DNA of 32,000 nt from positions 1,380,001 through 1,412,000 of the forward strand of contig NZ_CP017260.1 of assembly GCF_001735745.1 (NCBI RefSeq), given 5' to 3'. The notes beneath the pieces were generated by a model. The model was not told the DNA's origin and searched no databases. It saw nothing but the letters and a program-made list of their open reading frames with translations. The stretch is from Formosa sp. Hel1_33_131 (GTDB taxonomy: Bacteria > Bacteroidota > Bacteroidia > Flavobacteriales > Flavobacteriaceae). The position numbers and the translations under genes were made by a program. This document shows, piece by piece, positions 18,950-24,338 of this stretch; position 1 is the stretch's first letter, and every line of letters starts with the position of its first letter.

Positions 18950-18955
18950 TGAAAC

Positions 18956-19810
18956 ATGGCAAATTTAAAAGAAATCCGAAATAGAATAGCATCCGTATCT
19001 TCAACGATGCAGATTACAAGTGCCATGAAAATGGTATCGGCTGCTAAGTTGAAAAAAGCACAAGATGCCATCACAGCGATGCGTCCTTATGCTAATAAAT
19101 TAACGGAGCTTTTACAAAACCTAAGTGCCACTTTGGACGCCGATTCTGGTAGTAAATATTCAGAACAACGCGAAATCAAAAACGTGCTTATTGTAGCCAT
19201 TACTTCCAACAGAGGGTTGTGTGGTGCGTTCAATTCCAATATTATCAAGAGAGCAACGGCAGTAGCGGAAAGTTACGATGCCAATGTATCTGTGGTAGCC
19301 ATTGGAAAAAAAGCGAATGATGCCCTCTCAAAAAACTTTGAGATCATTTCCAATCAGAGTCCTGTTTATGACGATTTAACATTTGACAATGTTGCTGCAA
19401 TTGCAGAGATGCTCATGGAGCAATTTGAATCCAAAGCATTTGACAAGATTGAAGTTATTTATAATAAATTCAAAAATGCAGCGACTCAAGAAATCATGAC
19501 CGAGCAGTTTTTGCCAATTGAGCCCTTAGAAGGGGATACCAATGGAAACCTCGATTATATTTTTGAACCGTCTAAAGAAGAGATTGTAGAGACCTTAATT
19601 CCAAAGTCGTTAAAGACACAATTGTACAAGTCCATACGTGACAGTTTTGCAAGCGAGCACGGCGCCCGAATGACTGCGATGCACAAAGCAACCGACAATG
19701 CTACGGAGCTCAGAGATCAGCTTAAATTGACGTACAACAAAGCACGTCAAGCATCCATTACCAATGAGATTTTAGAAATTGTTGGTGGGGCGGAAGCTTT
19801 GAATGGCTAG
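18956..19810 (+). CDS. atpG: F0F1 ATP synthase subunit gamma
   Basis: MANLKEIRNRIASVSSTMQITSAMKMVSAAKL N-terminus. C-terminal NKARQASITNEILEIVGGAEAL. Both are canonical gamma helices. Confidence 0.95.
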   Translation: MANLKEIRNRIASVSSTMQITSAMKMVSAAKLKKAQDAITAMRPYANKLTELLQNLSATLDADSGSKYSEQREIKNVLIVAITSNRGLCGAFNSNIIKRATAVAESYDANVSVVAIGKKANDALSKNFEIISNQSPVYDDLTFDNVAAIAEMLMEQFESKAFDKIEVIYNKFKNAATQEIMTEQFLPIEPLEGDTNGNLDYIFEPSKEEIVETLIPKSLKTQLYKSIRDSFASEHGARMTAMHKATDNATELRDQLKLTYNKARQASITNEILEIVGGAEALNG

Positions 19811-19861
19811 TGGTTTAATTTATACTTATAAACAAGTCGCCTAAAAAGCCTTGTACTTGTC

Positions 19862-19882
19862 AAGCTGAACTCGTTTCAGCTT
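19862..19882. terminator. Hairpin between convergent genes (possible bidirectional terminator)
   Basis: aagctgaa (19862-19869) and ttcagctt (19875-19882) form a perfect 8-bp stem with a 5-nt loop. It sits between the atpG stop and the stop of the minus-strand gene at 19907. The flanking T/A tracts are modest. Confidence 0.4.
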
Positions 19883-19906
19883 CCCATGTTTTGTTTATAA
19901 CGAACA

Positions 19907-20473
19907 TTAAAAAGTATACCCAACCCTTAAATGGAGGTCCAAAGCCGTTTCAGTTTTATTAGAAGTAAATCCATATTGTTTTAAGAAATACTTCCTAAAA
20001 CCGATTCCAATGCCCAACTCATAAGTGAAATGGTTCCCAACAGTTCTTTTAATTCCCCACTTAGGGATTAATGAAAAATTTTCAGCTATAGAAACGCTTT
20101 CAATGCTTGAAATCACAAACGCATCAGGCGTGTAATTTAATTTTAAACTTAAGAAATTCCCTGAGTTCTTTAAAATCGATTGGTCGTTATTGAAGCGTTT
20201 ATTCAAATTGTAATAGAACCGAGGTTCTAAATTCAACGTTGGAAACAAAATAAAATTTACATTCTTATAATAATCACCTCCAAAAAGACCGGTATCTAAG
20301 CCTATTTCACTTCTTAAAGCGATGCTATTGGACAGTCTTGTTTCATTATGAATCCAAACACCGAAAAACCCTGTTTGAATTCCATTAATTGATTTTTCAA
20401 CACTGGCATTTTTTTGTGCTTCTGTTGTAACTGAAAATAGAATTACAGAAAGTATTAGATATAGATGTTTCAT
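19907..20473 (-). CDS. Outer-membrane beta-barrel protein (small porin-like)
   Basis: Signal peptide MKHLYLILSVILFSVTTEAQ. Alternating amphipathic strands. C-terminal LHLRVGYTF, ending in Phe as is typical for OMPs. Confidence 0.65.
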   Translation of the reverse strand: MKHLYLILSVILFSVTTEAQKNASVEKSINGIQTGFFGVWIHNETRLSNSIALRSEIGLDTGLFGGDYYKNVNFILFPTLNLEPRFYYNLNKRFNNDQSILKNSGNFLSLKLNYTPDAFVISSIESVSIAENFSLIPKWGIKRTVGNHFTYELGIGIGFRKYFLKQYGFTSNKTETALDLHLRVGYTF

Positions 20474-20488
20474 GTGTTTGTATTTTAG

Positions 20489-21022
20489 TTATAATTTAAA
20501 CCCTAGTGACAGTCCGATACTAGAGATGAGATAATTTGAATTTGTTTCCTCGATCATTAAAAACTCCTTGCTTTTCACAAAGGCTTCAACCACATATTGA
20601 ACACGATAATCACTTTCAAAAGTATAGCCAATCCCTAATTTTGAGCTGTATCCTTTTGAGAATCCACTTATATTCAAGCTTTTCCCTGCGTTTAATAAAA
20701 CATAAGGACTGTTGATCCCATATTCTTTCAAATACCATTTTACATCTCCAACAATTGGGATGGACTTATAGTCGTCTTTAACATTAAAAGCGATGCCAAC
20801 CCCCAGAGAAATACTGAGCGTCTTAAAAACAAATACACCATTGAATGTACTTAATTCAATACCAAATCCTTCATTGACAACGATGGCTTGGTTGGAGTAA
20901 TTACTTTCTTTATTGGCAAAAATCTCTAAGGTGGTTGTGTTCGTAAACACGCTTTGATTCGCTTCACCTTGAGAGAGACAAAGGGAAGGGAAAATTAAAA
21001 ATAAGAGATATACGGTTTTCAT
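20489..21022 (-). CDS. Outer-membrane beta-barrel protein (small porin-like)
   Basis: Signal peptide MKTVYLLFLIFPSLCLSQ. Beta-strand-rich sequence ending GLSLGFKL. The start is placed at the ATG at 21022; the upstream TTG extension is encoded by the repeat. Confidence 0.6.
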   Translation of the reverse strand: MKTVYLLFLIFPSLCLSQGEANQSVFTNTTTLEIFANKESNYSNQAIVVNEGFGIELSTFNGVFVFKTLSISLGVGIAFNVKDDYKSIPIVGDVKWYLKEYGINSPYVLLNAGKSLNISGFSKGYSSKLGIGYTFESDYRVQYVVEAFVKSKEFLMIEETNSNYLISSIGLSLGFKL

Positions 21023-21065
21023 GACGTAGAATAGATTTGGGATCAATTCTTAATGCAAAGTAAGA
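21016..21065. repeat. Direct repeat copy A (promoter/5'UTR/start-codon module)
   Basis: ttttcatgacgtagaatagatttgggatcaattcttaatgcaaagtaaga. It differs from 24225-24275 by 2 substitutions and one 1-nt indel. It contains the CAT (ATG on the minus strand) of the OMP gene and a near-consensus -7 box (TTACTTTG on the minus strand). Confidence 0.85.
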
Positions 21066-21079
21066 TAACGATTTAGATT

Positions 21080-21889
21080 TCACCATCGTACTTGATAAGG
21101 ATAGGGTTCATAAATTTCGTTGGCTTCATTTATAGTATTGCCCAGTTGAGCATCGCGTTTAGCCGCTTCCATAGTTGTTTTTGATTCTTTATATTTTTCC
21201 AAACGCATCAAGCAAATTGCTTTATAATATTTCGCATCGGAAAAATTAGGGTACTGTTCAAGGGATTTATCAAACTGAAATATAGCGTCCTCCCACATCC
21301 CTTGTTCATACATACTTATACCATAATAGAAAATATCTAAAAAATGCGCCTCTCCCCATTGTTTTTCTTGCGCTATAATGTCCGTTTTAAAAATAGCTTC
21401 TGCCTTTTTGTATTCATTTAACTGTAAATAGCACAGTGCAATATGAAATTGATAGGTGTGATCCTGCACATAGCTATAGCCATCCATTTGAACACATAAC
21501 TCAAAATCTTTAAGAGCTTCTTTATACTGTTTAGAAAAAATACACTTGATAAATGCTCTATAGCTTAACCAGCGTTCTGGCTTATAAAAAACGGCTTTAT
21601 CTAAATATGCCATACCAACTTCATACTTTCTTGCTTTAAAATAAGGCATTGCTTTTTGCTGCCAAAAATAAGCGACAGTACTATCGACTTTGATTCCCTC
21701 ATCTAAGCAATTTTGCCACTCCTGCATCTGATAATTATAGTTGAATTTTTCAGCACAATTGTAAACATATTTTTCAATGAGTCCTTCTTGTCGTAATTCT
21801 TTTTCTTTTGCGGTTTCAGTATGAGAATCCTTTTGCCCTTCACATTGCATAAAAATAAAGGACAGGATAATTAGTGTTAATTTATTCAT
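21080..21889 (-). CDS. TPR-repeat lipoprotein
   Basis: Lipobox LSFIFMQC. At least three or four TPR-like units (AYFWQQKAMPYFKARKYEVGMAYLDKAV; YQFHIALCYLQLNEYKKAEAIF; FYYGISMYEQGMWEDAIFQFDKSL; AKYYKAICLMRLEKYKES). The ATG overlaps the end of the upstream ORF by 8 nt. Confidence 0.75.
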   Translation of the reverse strand: MNKLTLIILSFIFMQCEGQKDSHTETAKEKELRQEGLIEKYVYNCAEKFNYNYQMQEWQNCLDEGIKVDSTVAYFWQQKAMPYFKARKYEVGMAYLDKAVFYKPERWLSYRAFIKCIFSKQYKEALKDFELCVQMDGYSYVQDHTYQFHIALCYLQLNEYKKAEAIFKTDIIAQEKQWGEAHFLDIFYYGISMYEQGMWEDAIFQFDKSLEQYPNFSDAKYYKAICLMRLEKYKESKTTMEAAKRDAQLGNTINEANEIYEPYPYQVRW

Positions 21890-22760
21890 TAGTTTTGAGT
21901 GGGTTTAATTTGGTGAATTCTTTGTAAGTAAAATTATAGGGTTGATTTCGGTATGAAAATTCTGTAAACGTATAGCCATATTTTTTGCAACTTCTAACAC
22001 ACATATCACTGATCGTTTCAAAAACAGAAATACTGTTTTTAGTTAACACCTTTTCTATACCACCATAGTGTTTTATAACATTATTAAAAGTGTTTATATC
22101 TAAGTTGTATTTTATTAAATAAAAGCCAATTCTCCCTATTGCTTCATGTGCTTGTCGCTTATCAAAACAGTTATTAGAAATACAATTATCTAAACAGAGA
22201 ATAGTGGTGTAGTACGTATATAGGGCATGAAAAAGAATATAGAAACTTCTATATTCTTTGGGGTTGTTTACGATGCTTTTAATATTTAAATTTTCATCAA
22301 TTAGAAAATAGTCTTTTCTTTTAAAGGTAATAGTGGTCATAATAATATGACCGGTTTGATGCGCAATGTCATCCACAAAAAAAACTTCATCATACTCTTT
22401 TTGAAATACATTTAAAAAAGCCATGCCATGGGCATTAATAGTAGCAAATGAATTTGTATTTTTTGGGTCTGTTTTAAATAGGAGTATTTTTTTACAACAT
22501 TGTTCAATTAAATTATAATGATTGGAGGAGTATTTTTTTATATATGACAAGGCAATTGTTAAGGACTCTTCGTGAACTTCTACTAATTCCTTTGATATAG
22601 TTATTTTACGTTCCTCAATTGGCTGTTCATTAAAATCTCTGAAAATATATTTCAAGTAGATTATAGGGTATTGTATCAGTTCAATGTTGGTATGTGCTAT
22701 GAATTTTATTTTCTCAAATGGAATAGATTCATTAACTTTAAAATATCCAATATTTGGCAC
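21882..22760 (-). CDS. Unknown protein with HQTGH...H motif (possible HExxH-type peptide-modification domain); probably the C-terminal part of a split gene
   Basis: 292-aa ORF with a GTG start. FVDDIAHQTGHIIMT (H134/H138, nt 22347-22361) is followed about 40 aa later by NNPKEYRSFYILFHALYTYY. This resembles my recollection of the HExxH-domain family layout, but with Gln in place of Glu. The frame is open upstream as far as the A7 tract shared with the 75-aa ORF. Confidence 0.55.
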   Translation of the reverse strand: MPNIGYFKVNESIPFEKIKFIAHTNIELIQYPIIYLKYIFRDFNEQPIEERKITISKELVEVHEESLTIALSYIKKYSSNHYNLIEQCCKKILLFKTDPKNTNSFATINAHGMAFLNVFQKEYDEVFFVDDIAHQTGHIIMTTITFKRKDYFLIDENLNIKSIVNNPKEYRSFYILFHALYTYYTTILCLDNCISNNCFDKRQAHEAIGRIGFYLIKYNLDINTFNNVIKHYGGIEKVLTKNSISVFETISDMCVRSCKKYGYTFTEFSYRNQPYNFTYKEFTKLNPLKTNE

Positions 22761-22776
22761 ATAAGCTATCCCATCC

Positions 22777-23004
22777 CTACTGTATGAATGGGTTAATTTC
22801 TTCTTTTTTTATAAAATAGCCCTGTAGCATCTCCTCTAGAGCTTCTTTAGGGTACGAATTGTAGCTTTTTGAGTTAAAATAAGCAAATAATAATGGCTCT
22901 AAAAAAACTTCATCATCATCAAAATTTAGTTTTTTAAAAACACTTGTATTCTCTTTATATAATAACAGTTTAATGGTATTAATAATTTCGTCTCTATTTT
23001 TCAT
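22777..23004 (-). CDS. 75-aa ORF, probably the N-terminal fragment of the gene continuing at 22760
   Basis: The ATG at 23004 lies 12 nt after the CPBP stop. The ORF ends 18 nt past an A7 run (plus-strand T7 at 22804-22810). The downstream ORF's frame opens exactly at that run. No motif recognised. Confidence 0.45.
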   Translation of the reverse strand: MKNRDEIINTIKLLLYKENTSVFKKLNFDDDEVFLEPLLFAYFNSKSYNSYPKEALEEMLQGYFIKKEEINPFIQ

Positions 23005-23016
23005 TTTTTTTAATCC

Positions 23017-23610
23017 TTAAATTAAATTAAACACAATTATCGACATATTATAAAATGAGTGAATTAGAATCGTCTGAATTAAATTTTTATTTCTGAAATA
23101 AATAAAAGTAGTTACCAATCCAAACACAAAATGGGTAATATAAATATCAGGTAGATGAGATATAGCAAAATATGATGCTGACAGTAAAATAGCCAAATAT
23201 GGCTTTAACTTAAGTTGCAAAAGGTTTTTAAAGACAATTTTTTTATTAAAAATCTCTTCTATAATTGGAACCGCAAATAAAACATAAATAAGCCTTGAAA
23301 AATCAAAGGTTGGTTTTTCTAATGGTTTAAAAAGATGAAATTCTGAATAGTAACTAAAAAACAACACTACACTTATACCAAGGGAAAAAAGGATTTCATT
23401 GAAACTGATTTTGTTACTTTCTAATTTAAAAATATTTATTTTAAAAGCTATATAGAACACAATAATATGAGAAATTATAACCCCGAAATAAGATAATAAA
23501 TTTGTTGTTTTTATGTTTTCATTGCCAAAATGAACACTTAAAAGGACACTCAAAACACTTAGAAATGGAAGTAGTAAGCATAGTGTCAATATTTTAAAAG
23601 ACAATTTCAT
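23017..23610 (-). CDS. CPBP family intramembrane glutamic endopeptidase (CAAX protease/Abi, bacteriocin-immunity-type)
   Basis: Six or more TM helices. Motif 1 PIIEEIFNK (EExxxR-like). Motif 2 YFAISH (FxxxH). Motif 3 IHSFYN (HxxxN). Confidence 0.8.
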   Translation of the reverse strand: MKLSFKILTLCLLLPFLSVLSVLLSVHFGNENIKTTNLLSYFGVIISHIIVFYIAFKINIFKLESNKISFNEILFSLGISVVLFFSYYSEFHLFKPLEKPTFDFSRLIYVLFAVPIIEEIFNKKIVFKNLLQLKLKPYLAILLSASYFAISHLPDIYITHFVFGLVTTFIYFRNKNLIQTILIHSFYNMSIIVFNLI

Positions 23611-23626
23611 ATAAATGTTTTTATAA

Positions 23627-23658
23627 AAAAAGATGATTTAATAAAAAACCATCTTTTT
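23627..23658 (-). terminator. AT-rich hairpin plus T-run between the peptide gene and the CPBP gene (possible attenuator)
   Basis: On the minus strand: AAAAAGATG-14 nt loop-CATCTTTTT, running into TTTTTTTAT. Plus-strand arms are 23627-23635 and 23650-23658. The stem is weak (mostly A-T). Confidence 0.3.
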
Positions 23659-23669
23659 ATTTAACTTAT

Positions 23670-23876
23670 CTACATACATTGAAAATAATGGGCTATTGCA
23701 TTACCAAGTTTTAGCCACGAAGAAGCCATTCCATCTCCTGGTGCACTAGTGTCTGCATTTTGGTGACTACAAGGATGACAATCGTTTGCTGTTCCACCAG
23801 AAATGGTGTTCAATAATTCTTCTGAAGCTACTGCTCCAGCTCTTTCTTTGAGAGCGTCTAATGATAATTTACTCAC
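23670..23876 (-). CDS. Candidate precursor peptide with double-glycine-type leader (bacteriocin/RiPP-like)
   Basis: 68 aa with a GTG start. Leader MSKLSLDALKERAGAVASEELLNTISGG, with hydrophobic residues at -4 and -7, Glu at -9/-10 and Ser at -11 relative to the GG. The 40-aa core is TANDCHPCSHQNADTSAPGDGMASSWLKLGNAIAHYFQCM. The gene is followed by a protease-family gene. Confidence 0.55.
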   Translation of the reverse strand: MSKLSLDALKERAGAVASEELLNTISGGTANDCHPCSHQNADTSAPGDGMASSWLKLGNAIAHYFQCM

Positions 23877-24009
23877 AACATAATAAATTTTATTTAGTGC
23901 CTACTCTTTAGTTTTTCGGCGACCACTAGTCAATAAGCTTTTCCTAACCAACCAATTACAAAATAAAAACATCTCAATCTCATTTTATGACATTGTCTAT
24001 TTTTTATAA

Positions 24010-24231
24010 TTAAATCTCAAAATTGTAACCTGCCTCTGTATATATATAACACTGAGAATGTTTACAATATAGGATGGGTGCGCCCCGATCTCTTAATTCA
24101 GCGATCAGCCTGTAAACAGTGGCAACAGAAACATTCAATTTTTCAGCTAATTGTAAAGGCGTACCAGTTGCTTCCCTTTGGATCAATGAATGAAGGCATT
24201 TTATTCTTTCTATGTGCGTGTATATTTTCAT
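24010..24231 (-). CDS. Small helix-turn-helix DNA-binding protein (HTH_11/DeoR-N-like)
   Basis: 73 aa. GTPLQLAEKLNVSVATVYRLIAELRDRGAPI is a classic winged-HTH segment of the kind found at the N-terminus of WYL/DeoR-type regulators. Confidence 0.7.
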   Translation of the reverse strand: MKIYTHIERIKCLHSLIQREATGTPLQLAEKLNVSVATVYRLIAELRDRGAPILYCKHSQCYIYTEAGYNFEI

Positions 24232-24275
24232 GGTGTAGAATAGATTTGGGAGTCAATTCTTAATGCAAAGTAAGA
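24225..24275. repeat. Direct repeat copy B (promoter/5'UTR/start-codon module)
   Basis: ttttcatggtgtagaatagatttgggagtcaattcttaatgcaaagtaaga. It contains the CAT (ATG on the minus strand) of the HTH gene. See copy A. Confidence 0.85.
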
Positions 24276-24338
24276 AATTTTTTCAAATCGGCTTTTTTTA
24301 TGGCATAAAACTTGTAGAAGAAAAACAAATCCAAAACT

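Noticed and set aside
19811-19906. Absence of atpD/atpC after atpG as an anomaly
   Set aside because: In Bacteroidota the beta/epsilon genes are normally encoded at a separate locus, so the truncated operon is expected.
21023-21046. TTG-initiated extension (MIPNLFYV) of the OMP gene
   Set aside because: It is encoded by the 5'UTR repeat shared with the unrelated HTH gene. The ATG at 21022 gives a normal signal peptide.
24078-24263. 61-aa plus-strand ORF opposite the HTH gene
   Set aside because: It is antisense to a CDS with a clear winged-HTH motif and runs into the repeat/promoter. No features support it.
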